From an uncultured Lachnospiraceae bacterium (GTDB taxonomy: Bacteria > Bacillota > Clostridia > Oscillospirales > CAG-272): DNA of 64,000 nucleotides. The notes under the pieces are model-generated. The model worked only from the letters and a program-made list of their open reading frames with translations, was not told where the DNA came from and did not search any database. The translations under genes were made by a program, and so were the position numbers. Location: positions 74,176 to 138,175 of the forward strand of contig CAZBAR010000002.1 of the NCBI GenBank assembly GCA_964490165.1. The letters are read 5' to 3'. Position 1 is the first letter of the stretch; every line of letters starts with the position of its first letter. Of the stretch, positions 37,718-46,728 are shown one piece after another.

Positions 37718-38930
37718 GTCTGTATTTTCTGCGGCGGATATATTGCTGCCGAGATTTGAGAAAGGCAGCAGCCTTTGGGGCGGATGGTCTGTGATCGCCT
37801 GCGATCAGTTTACCAGTGAGCCGGAGTATTGGGCGGAGGCTGAAAAGCTCAGCGCAGGTCAGTTGTCTGCTCTTGACCTTGTACTTCCCGAGGCATATCT
37901 TGAGAGCGAAAAAGAGGCTGAGGGCAAAGCACGCATTGCAGCTGCTATGACGGATATTACCACTAAGCTGGACAAGCATAGCAATTGCATGATCCTTCTT
38001 GAAAGAACGCTCCCGAACGGGGCGATCAGACGCGGAATAGTCGGTAAGATAGATCTTGAAGAGTATGATTTTACCGCTGACTCATCGTCTGCTGTCAGAG
38101 CTACTGAGGAGACTGTAATAGAGCGAATTCCCCCGCGTGTGGCTGTTCGCGAGTCTGCAACGGTCGAGCTGCCGCATATTATGGTGTTTGCCGACGACAG
38201 GGACGGAGATATTTTTGCTCCTGCTTTCAATATCAAAGACACCCTTGAAAAAATTTATGATTTTGAGCTTATGCTCGGCGGCGGTCATGTCTGCGGTTAT
38301 AAGCTGGACGGCGCTGCACTTGAAGCTGTATGCTGCGGTATACATAAATATGAAGAAAAGCGTGCCGGAACGGTCGTGTATGCTGTCGGCGACGGTAATC
38401 ATTCTCTCGCAAGCGCAAAGGCGCATTATGAGAATATCAAAAAGAGTCTCGGCGAAAAAGCGGCTGAGCATCCTGCACGGTATGCTCTTGCCGAGATAGT
38501 CGATCTCGGTGACAGCTCCATAGTTTTTGAGCCCATATACCGTATTTTGAAAAACTGTGACCCATGCGATGTCCTGACAAGCCTTAAGACTGCGGGAGTC
38601 GGCGGAGGTAAGACGGAGTGCATTTTTGACGGAAAGCGTGAAGTTGTTGATATTCCTGCGCTGCATCCCCTTACGGTAGGCAGTCTGCAAATGTTTATTG
38701 ATGCTTATATAAAGGATCACCCGCAGTGCAGCTGTGATTATATTCACGGTGTTGATTCCCTTGAAGCCCTGTCGGGAGAGAAGGGCGTTATAGGCTTTTT
38801 GTTTAACGGTATTGATAAATCTGAGCTGTTTGGATATGTTACGGATCACGGAGCACTCCCGCGCAAGACCTTTTCAATGGGAGAAGCAAAAAGCAAGAGA
38901 TATTATCTTGAGGCGAGAGAAATTGTATAA
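37710..38930 (+). CDS. DUF1015-like protein
   Basis: ATG overlaps the scfB stop (ATGAGTAA). ~406 aa. Segments resemble DUF1015 (GIVGKIDLEEYDF, VRATEETV.ERI, ELPHIMVFADD). Called from memory only. Confidence 0.55.
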   Translation: MSKSVFSAADILLPRFEKGSSLWGGWSVIACDQFTSEPEYWAEAEKLSAGQLSALDLVLPEAYLESEKEAEGKARIAAAMTDITTKLDKHSNCMILLERTLPNGAIRRGIVGKIDLEEYDFTADSSSAVRATEETVIERIPPRVAVRESATVELPHIMVFADDRDGDIFAPAFNIKDTLEKIYDFELMLGGGHVCGYKLDGAALEAVCCGIHKYEEKRAGTVVYAVGDGNHSLASAKAHYENIKKSLGEKAAEHPARYALAEIVDLGDSSIVFEPIYRILKNCDPCDVLTSLKTAGVGGGKTECIFDGKREVVDIPALHPLTVGSLQMFIDAYIKDHPQCSCDYIHGVDSLEALSGEKGVIGFLFNGIDKSELFGYVTDHGALPRKTFSMGEAKSKRYYLEAREIV

Positions 38931-38960
38931 TTTACGGTTGTCATAAATTGTTACATTATA

Positions 38961-38999
38961 AAAAGAACGGTGCTCACTGCCTGATGCCGTTCTTTTTCT
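38961..38999 (+). terminator. terminator of the SCIFF operon
   Basis: AGAACGG...CCGTTCT stem followed by TTTTTCTTTTT. Confidence 0.6.
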
Positions 39000-39170
39000 T
39001 TTTGGAAAGGACGTTTTAATTTGTTTGAATTGTAAAAAACACTGACGGATATTTTGCTGCAGCTGTAAAATAATTGCCTCGCCGCGAGATCCTGATTTGC
39101 CATTCTTGTTATATTTGTTGTGAAAAATGGAGAAAAGAGTGCAAAAATACATTTATTTTTTTGCAAACTA

Positions 39171-39199
39171 TTGACAATGAGTGAACGAAAACGTATAAT
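39171..39199 (+). promoter_or_regulatory. consensus promoter of the scaffoldin gene
   Basis: TTGACA, 17 nt, TATAAT. Confidence 0.65.
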
Positions 39200-39229
39200 G
39201 TAGTTACTAGTATTTTAGGAGGTAAGCTC

Positions 39230-42200
39230 ATGAAAAAATTACTTTCTGTAATTGTTCTGGCAGCAATGCTTGTGACAATGATCTGTCCGTCATTTGCCGC
39301 TGCCGGCGCAGAGGTAAAGGAATTTGACACGCTTACATTTACAGTTGACGACGTTGTTCTTGAAGACGGCGAAAATACTGTTGATGTAGCTGTCAGAGTT
39401 GCCGGTAACGGCGAGCATAACTGCAAGACAGGCATCTGGGGGGCTGCTATAAGCCTTTATTATCCCAGTGAACTGGAAGTAGTTGATATTAAAAACGGAG
39501 ATCTTTTCCCCGACTCTGAAGTTGTATATGACCTTGAAAAGTGGAATACAACTACTCCTGACGATAGCACACAGAGTGCTCTGGAGGAGAATGAGATCGA
39601 TGTTGACGGTAAAGACTATAAATTCGGAAAGTTTGTTGCTGAAGAAGCAGACTACGCCGGCGGTGTTCTTGAGAACGGCGTGCTCTTTGTTGTAACGATT
39701 CAGATTCCCACGAATGTTGTTAAGGGAGACACATGGACTATAGGTGTTGTAGCAGGCAAGGGTGATGTTTGCGATTGCGGTACAACACGTGTTGATGATG
39801 ACGGAAAGACCGTGATCGATTATGTCGACATTCCTTTCTCACTTGATAACGGTTCAGTAACCGCTAACTACAGCACTGTCAGCACAGTAACTGTTGCCGA
39901 TGCATCCGTTACTGCTACATACGATGTTGAGGTTCCCGTTGAGGTTTCTTCCAATGCAGGTATCTGGGCTATGCGTGCTGAGCTTGCATACGATCCTGCA
40001 CTTCTTACCTTTAACGGTATCAAATCCGGCATCTTCGCGGTAGAGGATGGCGTAAACTACAGTGTGAGTGACGGCGTTATTACGGTTTTTGTTGAGGGAA
40101 CTGAGGTTGCTGATACAGTTGAAGACGGCGCACTGTTTACTCTTCTGTTTACTGCCAATGCAAAAGCAGGTAATTCTCCTGTAACCATCAAGCTGCTTGA
40201 TGTAGTCAATACTAACAGTGTTGATCTGGATGTTATTACCGAAGACGGATCAGTAGAAATTATTGCTGCTCCTGCAATTTCCGTTGGTTCACTTGAAACC
40301 TTTGCGGACAAGACAGTTGAGATCCCCGTAACTATTTCCAAAAACTCAGGAATTGTTTCTGCAAGACTGGAAGTTGCTTATGACGTAGAAGGCCTTAAGT
40401 TTGAGGGCGTTACAGGCGGTCTGTTCGCTGCTGATGATACAAATGCTTCTGCTTCAAACGGCATCGTTACTGTTTTTGTTGAAAACGATGAAGTAGCAGA
40501 TATGGCAAAGGACGGCGTGCTGTTCAACCTCGTATTCACTACTCTTAAGAATGAGGATGCTGTTTACGATCTCGTTGCTACAGTAATTGCCGACAGCACT
40601 ATCAATGTAAACGGCGATGAGGTTAAATTCCTCGGCGAAAGCGGTGCTATTACCGTTAAGGCTCATGAACACAACTATGAGACTGTCGCTGTTGATCCTA
40701 CTTGTACAGAGGACGGATACATTGCTGATATTTGCAGCATCTGTGAGGATGTAAAGGAACCTATCGATGTTATTCCTGCTACCGGTCATACTGAAGCAGC
40801 TCCTGTTACAGTAGAGGCTACTTGTACTGAAGACGGTTATGTCAGAGTTAACTGTGCAGTTTGCGGAAGACCTATCCGTGAAACTAAGATCAAGGCAACC
40901 GGTCACGATTGGACCGCAGTAGAGACCGTAGCGCCCACCTGTGTAGCTGAAGGTTATACTGCATATGTCTGTGCTAACGGCTGCGGAGAAGAGAAGAATG
41001 ATGACTTCCTTCCCATAGATAAGGTAAACGGTCACACTGCGGGCGACAAGGTCGTTGTAGCAGAGCCTACATACGAGGCTGACGGTACATACGAGATACA
41101 CTGTACTGTATGTGATGAGGTTGTTGAAAGCGGTGTAATTCCCATGCTTTCAACTATAACCGTAACTGTCGGTGATGCGACTGTTAAGTGCGGTAAGGAT
41201 CTGACAGTTCCCGTAGTTCTTGACGGCAACGAGGGTATGTTTATTATCAGACTTAACGTTGCTTATGACGCTGATAAGCTTGTATATGTCGGTGCTGAAA
41301 ACGGAGAAGTATTCGCCGCTGCTAATGTTATATTTACAAAGGTAGCTGACGGTAATCTTACTCTCTACTTTGAGGCTGACGGCAATGAAGATGTAACAGC
41401 TAACGGTGTTCTCGCTAATCTCAAGTTCACTGTTGTTGATGATAATGCAGCAGCAGGTGAGACAGAGATCGCTGTTAATGTTGAAGATGCTGTAAATCTT
41501 GCAGAAGATGACATCTATGTATATCCTGTTAATGGCACAGTTGATATTATTCTCGGTGCTACTGTCAATGTAGCTAACGCATCTGTTCAGCAGTGCGGAG
41601 ATGTTGAAGTACCTGTAAGCTTCAACCTTAACGACGGTGTTTGGGCTGTTCGTGCTGAGTATAAGTACGATGCAACAAAGCTTACTTTTAAGGGCATCAA
41701 GTCCGGTGCATTTGCTGCTGAAGACAAGGTGAACTACAGCGAAAACAATGGCGTTATCACCGTATTTGCTGAAGGCACTGATGTTGCTGATGTAGCAGGT
41801 GATGTTGTTCTTTATACACTTCAGTTTACTGCTAAGAAGGTTATAGGCGAGACAACTGTTGAGGCTAAGGTTATTGAGGCTATCACAGTTGACTCAGAGG
41901 ACGTAGAGTTCAGAGGCGTTAACGGTGTTATTGATATCACACCTATGCCTGCAATTTCTGTAGGTAAGGTTGACGGTTATACCGGCACAACTGTTAAAGT
42001 TCCTGTAACTGTAACTCTTAACCCCGGCGTGATCTCTGTCAGAATGGAGATCAAGTATGATGCAGCATCTCTTGAATTTGTAGGTGTTGACAGCGGTCTG
42101 TTTAACGCTGATGATACAAACGCTTCTGCTAAGGACGGCGTTATTACAGTATTCGTTGAGAACAGCGCAATTGCAGATATGACTGACAATGGTGTTGCTT

Positions 42201-43267
42201 TCTATCTTAACTTTACTGCTAAGAACGAAGCTGATGCTGAATACGCATTGGAAGCTAATATCATTGCAGACAGCACTATCAATGTTGAAGGCGATGAGGT
42301 AACATTTATCACTAATGACGGCGCGATCGTAATGCACGCTCACAGCACTCATACTCTTGTAAAAGAGACAGTTGATGCTACTTGCGAAGCTGACGGTTAT
42401 GTCGGTGAGAGATGTACCGTTTGCGGTGAGCTTGTTTCCTATGATGTTATCCCTGCTACCGGTCATAGCTGGACTGAAGTTGAAGTAGTTCCTTCTACTT
42501 GTGTTGACCACGGCTATACACTCTATATCTGCGAAACCTGCGGCACTGAGGAAAAGCGCGATTATACAGATCTGGTCGATCATGTTCACGGCGAGTCTGT
42601 TATAGTTGTTTATCCTTGCCTGTGCGATGGTGTAAGTGTTGTTCTGTGTGAGGTTTGCGGTGAGATACTTAGTCAGGAAATTCTTCCTGTAATAGGTTCT
42701 CATACTCCCGGTGAACCCGAGATCAAAGTACAGTCCTGTACAGAAGAGGGCTTGATCGTAGTTCATTGTACTGTCTGTGGTGAAGAGCTTTCACGTGAAG
42801 TAATTCCTATGGATCCTCACGATACAACCGGCAATACTCCTATTATTGAGTCTTATGCTACCTGTACAACTGACGGTATCACACGTATTGCATGTAATAC
42901 CTGTCACGAGATGATCGTGCTTGTAAATCCTGCAATGGGACATCTTGAATGCGAGGAACCTGAGATCGTTGAGCCTACTGTAGATTCGGAAGGTGCTGAG
43001 ATCTACAGATGTATCACTTGCGGTGAGGTCGTAAGAACCGTAGTTATTCCTGCTCTGGAATTTGCGCCCGGCGACGTAAATAAAGACGGCGTTATCAATT
43101 TTGATGATGTCTATGCTCTGTTGGATGCGATCATGGCTGGTGAATTTGACGCTGATGAGGACTATGATGCAAGTCTTGATTTTGAGCCTGACGGCGTTAT
43201 AAACTTTGACGATGTATACGCACTTCTTGATGGTATCATGGCAGGCAAATACGACACTGATGATTGA
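39230..43267 (+). CDS. secreted scaffoldin-like protein: six cohesin-like modules, two blocks of His/Cys-rich mini-modules, C-terminal dockerin
   Basis: Signal peptide. Approximate cohesin-like modules: 39311-39870, 39886-40265, 40271-40660, 41152-41555, 41558-41940, 41947-42334. Their pattern (V.V....G..V.VPV...G......YD...L.F.G...G.F......G.I.VF......DG.L..L.F) resembles cohesins. Dockerin at the C-terminus. Confidence 0.8.
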   Translation: MKKLLSVIVLAAMLVTMICPSFAAAGAEVKEFDTLTFTVDDVVLEDGENTVDVAVRVAGNGEHNCKTGIWGAAISLYYPSELEVVDIKNGDLFPDSEVVYDLEKWNTTTPDDSTQSALEENEIDVDGKDYKFGKFVAEEADYAGGVLENGVLFVVTIQIPTNVVKGDTWTIGVVAGKGDVCDCGTTRVDDDGKTVIDYVDIPFSLDNGSVTANYSTVSTVTVADASVTATYDVEVPVEVSSNAGIWAMRAELAYDPALLTFNGIKSGIFAVEDGVNYSVSDGVITVFVEGTEVADTVEDGALFTLLFTANAKAGNSPVTIKLLDVVNTNSVDLDVITEDGSVEIIAAPAISVGSLETFADKTVEIPVTISKNSGIVSARLEVAYDVEGLKFEGVTGGLFAADDTNASASNGIVTVFVENDEVADMAKDGVLFNLVFTTLKNEDAVYDLVATVIADSTINVNGDEVKFLGESGAITVKAHEHNYETVAVDPTCTEDGYIADICSICEDVKEPIDVIPATGHTEAAPVTVEATCTEDGYVRVNCAVCGRPIRETKIKATGHDWTAVETVAPTCVAEGYTAYVCANGCGEEKNDDFLPIDKVNGHTAGDKVVVAEPTYEADGTYEIHCTVCDEVVESGVIPMLSTITVTVGDATVKCGKDLTVPVVLDGNEGMFIIRLNVAYDADKLVYVGAENGEVFAAANVIFTKVADGNLTLYFEADGNEDVTANGVLANLKFTVVDDNAAAGETEIAVNVEDAVNLAEDDIYVYPVNGTVDIILGATVNVANASVQQCGDVEVPVSFNLNDGVWAVRAEYKYDATKLTFKGIKSGAFAAEDKVNYSENNGVITVFAEGTDVADVAGDVVLYTLQFTAKKVIGETTVEAKVIEAITVDSEDVEFRGVNGVIDITPMPAISVGKVDGYTGTTVKVPVTVTLNPGVISVRMEIKYDAASLEFVGVDSGLFNADDTNASAKDGVITVFVENSAIADMTDNGVAFYLNFTAKNEADAEYALEANIIADSTINVEGDEVTFITNDGAIVMHAHSTHTLVKETVDATCEADGYVGERCTVCGELVSYDVIPATGHSWTEVEVVPSTCVDHGYTLYICETCGTEEKRDYTDLVDHVHGESVIVVYPCLCDGVSVVLCEVCGEILSQEILPVIGSHTPGEPEIKVQSCTEEGLIVVHCTVCGEELSREVIPMDPHDTTGNTPIIESYATCTTDGITRIACNTCHEMIVLVNPAMGHLECEEPEIVEPTVDSEGAEIYRCITCGEVVRTVVIPALEFAPGDVNKDGVINFDDVYALLDAIMAGEFDADEDYDASLDFEPDGVINFDDVYALLDGIMAGKYDTDD
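40664..41149 (+). repeat. block 1: four tandem ~40-aa H-x(9-12)-C-x2-(D/E)G-x5-6-C-x2-C mini-modules (protein-level repeat)
   Basis: HEHNYETVAVDPTCTEDGYIADICSICE.., HTEAAPVTVEATCTEDGYVRVNCAVCG.., HDWTAVETVAPTCVAEGYTAYVCANGCG.., HTAGDKVVVAEPTYEADGTYEIHCTVCD.. Confidence 0.75.
42335..43060 (+). repeat. block 2: six tandem copies of the same His/Cys mini-module
   Basis: Copies start at HSTHTLV, HSWTEVE, HVHGESV, HTPGEPE, HDTTGNT and HLECEEP. Each ends in C-x2-C. Confidence 0.75.
43070..43264 (+). other. dockerin module (two Ca-binding EF-hand-like repeats)
   Basis: GDVNKDGVINFDDVYALLDAIMAG ... DFEPDGVINFDDVYALLDGIMAG. Confidence 0.8.
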
Positions 43268-43297
43268 CCTATTGTACGTATATAAATGCTAATAGTA

Positions 43298-43326
43298 AAG
43301 CGAGCCGCTTTTGCGGCTCGCTTTTT
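43298..43326 (+). terminator. scaffoldin terminator
   Basis: AAGCGAGCCGC-tttt-GCGGCTCGCTT followed by TTT. Confidence 0.85.
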
Positions 43327-43451
43327 CCTTTGAGTTGTCGATATTAAGCGATATATGGTGTGCTTAAGGGCTAAAAAATTATTATTTTTTTAAGAAAATT
43401 TGTACGATAATTAAATATGTGCACTAATATGAAAAAAATCATAAAAAACTA

Positions 43452-43480
43452 TTGCATAATAGCCTCTCTCGTGCTATAAT
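43452..43480 (+). promoter_or_regulatory. rubredoxin promoter
   Basis: TTGCAT, 17 nt, TATAAT. Confidence 0.55.
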
Positions 43481-43514
43481 CACTTCTGCTAAAAAACAGA
43501 AAGGTGAATTAAAG

Positions 43515-43676
43515 ATGAAATACGAATGCAGCATTTGCGGATATGTTTACGATGAGGAGCTTGGCGATCCCGATAACGGAATTGAGCCCGGTACACTGTG
43601 GGAGGATATTCCTGATAGCTTTGTTTGCCCCCTTTGCGGTGTTGAAAAAGGTGATTTTGAAGAAGTAGCCGAGTAA
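43515..43676 (+). CDS. rubredoxin
   Basis: [15 protein letters not shown]...[14 protein letters not shown] is a canonical rubredoxin with 2x CxxC. 53 aa. Confidence 0.9.
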   Translation: MKYECSICGYVYDEELGDPDNGIEPGTLWEDIPDSFVCPLCGVEKGDFEEVAE

Positions 43677-43699
43677 AACCCGGTTGCTGAATATTTATA

Positions 43700-43737
43700 C
43701 GGCACAGCAGGCCTTATACGCCTCTGTGCCGCTTTTA
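43700..43737 (+). terminator. rubredoxin terminator
   Basis: CGGCACAG(C)AGGC / GCCTCTGTGCCG followed by CTTTTAT. Confidence 0.7.
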
Positions 43738-43855
43738 TATTGCGAAAAAAGCTTATAATAAAATTACAGAGACCCTCATATACTTTATCAGAATATTTGG
43801 GGGTGATCGTATAGATAACAGTGTTAATACGGCGTTTGGACGGGATAGGGCAAAA

Positions 43856-46513
43856 ATGCAGGACAAACGTCGTGAGGTGGGTAATCAGATCGATATAAAT
43901 TTGCGTGGTCTTGATGATAGAACTGTTTCGAAAATGCGCGATAAATTCGGAGCCAATGATCTAAGCGAGAAGAAAAAGGACGGATTTTTGCGGCAGCTTT
44001 TACATAGCTTCAATGATCCTATAATAAAGATCCTCCTCGGTGCTCTTGCAATAAATGCTATAGTAAGTCTGGGGAACATCAATATTCCCGAAACTCTCGG
44101 AATTGCAGCTGCAATTCTCATAGCAACGCTCGTTTCGACAGTTTCCGAATACAGCTCGTCTCTTGCTTTTGAAAAGCTGAAGAGGGGATCATCGTCAACT
44201 ACCTGCCGCGTCAGACGAAACGGAAGGCTTGAAAAGGTATTGGTAAGCGATATCGTTGTAGGCGATATTGTATTGATATCAGCAGGAATGAAGGTTCCTG
44301 CAGACGGTGTGCTTGTCAGTGGGTCAGTACAATGCGATCAGGCCGCACTTACAGGTGAGGGGATGCCTTGCGAAAAAGCTCCTATGGGGCAAATGACGGT
44401 GTGCCCTGAAACGATGATTTGGTCTCCCGGTTCAAAAAATCAGGTCTTTCGCGGAAGCGCCGTTTGTCGCGGCGAAGGAGAAATGGCAGTGCTTCGCGTG
44501 GGCGACGCCACATTTATTGGTGAAGTTGCAGGCAGCCTTCAGAATTCGGGACGCCCCAGCCCTCTGAAGCACCGTCTTTCAGAGCTGGCACACAGTATAA
44601 GCTATCTCGGATACGTGGGCGCGGCGATGATCGCTTTTGCTTATCTGTTCAATTCCTTTATAATTGACAGCGGTATGAATATGGCTATTGCTGCGGAACG
44701 CCTTGCTGATAAGCAATTTGTTATCGGTGAGATACTGCGCGCTGTTACCGTGGCTGTGTCTGTCATTGTGGTAGCTGTTCCTGAGGGGCTGCCTATGATG
44801 ATAACGGTGGTCTTGTCCTCTAATATGAAGCGTATGCTGAAAAGCGGAGTGTTGGTCCGCAGGCTGGTAGGGATAGAGACCGCAGGCAATATGAACATCC
44901 TTTTCACTGATAAGACAGGTACACTTACAGGCGGCAGAATGTCCGTTTGCGGCGTATTCGGCTGCGGATGGAGCAGTAAAGAGTATAAAGAACTGCGGCA
45001 CAGTAAAGCTCTGTACGCCGCAGTAACGGATGCAATTAATCTTGCGTGCAGTGAAGGCGGCGGTGCAACTGAAAAAGCGTTGTGCGCTTTTGCACGGGGA
45101 AGGACGGGCAAGCATGCGATTCAAAAGCTGCCTTTTAATTCGGATATAAAAATGTCGGCTGCGCTCACTAAAGAAAGATCATATTTTGTTGGAGCGCCTG
45201 AAAGGCTTATTGCGGCGTGTTCCTCATACTATGATGAAAGCGGACGGGAGCGCGTTCTGGACGCAGGACGCAGAAGCGAGATAATGCGCAGACTGACGGC
45301 TCTGGGCGACGACGCCTGCCGTGTAGTGTGTCTTGCCGCAGGTGGAAAAAGTGAATACGACAGCGCGGAAAAGGGCAGGGATATTGCATCGGCTCTTTCA
45401 TTCATATGTCTTGCAGCAATACGTGACCCGCTGAGATCCGATGCTGCTGCCAGCGTTGCCGAAGCGCAGTCCGCAGGCATACACGTGGTTATGATCACAG
45501 GCGATAATCCTCATACTGCTGCTGCCATTGCAAAGGAGGCAGGCATACTGTGCGATGCGCATTCTGTGGTGTTGGAGGCGTCGCGGCTTCACGCTATGAC
45601 TGATGATGAGGTCAAGTCGGAGCTTGACCGTGTAGCAGTGGTGTCGCGCGCTTTGCCAACGGATAAGCTGCGGCTTGTACGCATTTCTCAGGAGATGGGG
45701 CTTGTTGCAGGTATGACGGGAGACGGTGTAAATGACGCTCCTGCGCTTAAGGCGGCTGATGTCGGCTTTGTGATGGGCAGCGGCACTGATATCGCTAAGG
45801 AGGCGGGAGATATCGTTATAACCAACGACAGCTTTGCGTCCGTTACAAATGCGGTGCTTTACGGCAGAACTATATTCGAAAGCATAAGAAAATTTATCGT
45901 TTTTCAGCTTATGATGAATTTGTCAGCTATGGGCGTGTCTCTTATAGGTCCATTCATAGGTATTGACAGCCCCGTAACAGTCATTCAGATGCTGTGGGTC
46001 AACATTATAATGGATACTCTTGGAGGGCTTGCCTTCGCGGGTGAGCCGGCGCTCAGAAAGTATATGCGCCGCCCGAGTATAAAGAGGGATGCACCGCTTA
46101 TATCGTCTGATATGATGGCTCAGATCATATGTACCGGGCTATATATGCTTGCACTGAGTATCTTTTTCTTGAAAAGCTCGTTTTTGCAAAGCTATTTCGG
46201 CGGTGACGATGTGTATTTTCTGACTGCGTTCTTTGCAATGTTTATTTTCTGCGGAATATTCAATTCATTCAATGCAAGAACACCGAGTGTGAACATTCTG
46301 TCTCACCTTGCAGGCAATAAGGGCTTTATACTTATAATGACTCTTGTTGCTACGGTACAGCTTTTAATAATCTACTTCGGCGGCGAAATGTTCAGATGCA
46401 CTCCGCTTGCATCAGAGCATTTGGCAGCTACCGCTCTTATTGCAGCCACGGTTATCCCCGCAGATATGCTGAGAAAGCTTCTGCACAGTAAAATACATTC
46501 TTCTCACAAATAA
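43856..46513 (+). CDS. P-type (type IIA/IIB-like) calcium-transporting ATPase
   Basis: DKTGTLT phosphorylation site, MITGDN, GDGVNDAPALK, PEGLP in M4. Confidence 0.85.
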   Translation: MQDKRREVGNQIDINLRGLDDRTVSKMRDKFGANDLSEKKKDGFLRQLLHSFNDPIIKILLGALAINAIVSLGNINIPETLGIAAAILIATLVSTVSEYSSSLAFEKLKRGSSSTTCRVRRNGRLEKVLVSDIVVGDIVLISAGMKVPADGVLVSGSVQCDQAALTGEGMPCEKAPMGQMTVCPETMIWSPGSKNQVFRGSAVCRGEGEMAVLRVGDATFIGEVAGSLQNSGRPSPLKHRLSELAHSISYLGYVGAAMIAFAYLFNSFIIDSGMNMAIAAERLADKQFVIGEILRAVTVAVSVIVVAVPEGLPMMITVVLSSNMKRMLKSGVLVRRLVGIETAGNMNILFTDKTGTLTGGRMSVCGVFGCGWSSKEYKELRHSKALYAAVTDAINLACSEGGGATEKALCAFARGRTGKHAIQKLPFNSDIKMSAALTKERSYFVGAPERLIAACSSYYDESGRERVLDAGRRSEIMRRLTALGDDACRVVCLAAGGKSEYDSAEKGRDIASALSFICLAAIRDPLRSDAAASVAEAQSAGIHVVMITGDNPHTAAAIAKEAGILCDAHSVVLEASRLHAMTDDEVKSELDRVAVVSRALPTDKLRLVRISQEMGLVAGMTGDGVNDAPALKAADVGFVMGSGTDIAKEAGDIVITNDSFASVTNAVLYGRTIFESIRKFIVFQLMMNLSAMGVSLIGPFIGIDSPVTVIQMLWVNIIMDTLGGLAFAGEPALRKYMRRPSIKRDAPLISSDMMAQIICTGLYMLALSIFFLKSSFLQSYFGGDDVYFLTAFFAMFIFCGIFNSFNARTPSVNILSHLAGNKGFILIMTLVATVQLLIIYFGGEMFRCTPLASEHLAATALIAATVIPADMLRKLLHSKIHSSHK

Positions 46514-46518
46514 AACAA

Positions 46519-46560
46519 GACGCAAAACTGCAAAAAATACGCAGTTTTGCGTCATTTTTA
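46519..46560 (+). terminator. ATPase terminator
   Basis: GACGCAAAACTGC / GCAGTTTTGCGTC followed by ATTTTT. Confidence 0.8.
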
Positions 46561-46629
46561 CATTATGTTGAAAAATGCCGTCGATAATTTATCAAAATAG
46601 CTAAAATTAAGGTTTTGTCTATAAAACTG

Positions 46630-46658
46630 TTGCAAATTATTAAAAAAATATGTATAAT
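46630..46658 (+). promoter_or_regulatory. xpt promoter
   Basis: TTGCAA, 17 nt, TATAAT. Confidence 0.55.
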
Positions 46659-46728
46659 TTAATCAGTGTTTTCTTTTTTAACTTGATTATATCACAGAGA
46701 TATATATGAAATCGGAGATTTAACAGGA

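Noticed and set aside
46560-46728. A purine (guanine/xanthine) riboswitch, which I expected upstream of xpt.
   Set aside because: The leader after the TTGCAA-17-TATAAT promoter is only about 65 nt and AT-rich. It has no three-way-junction core and nothing resembling the conserved purine-riboswitch loop and junction sequences.
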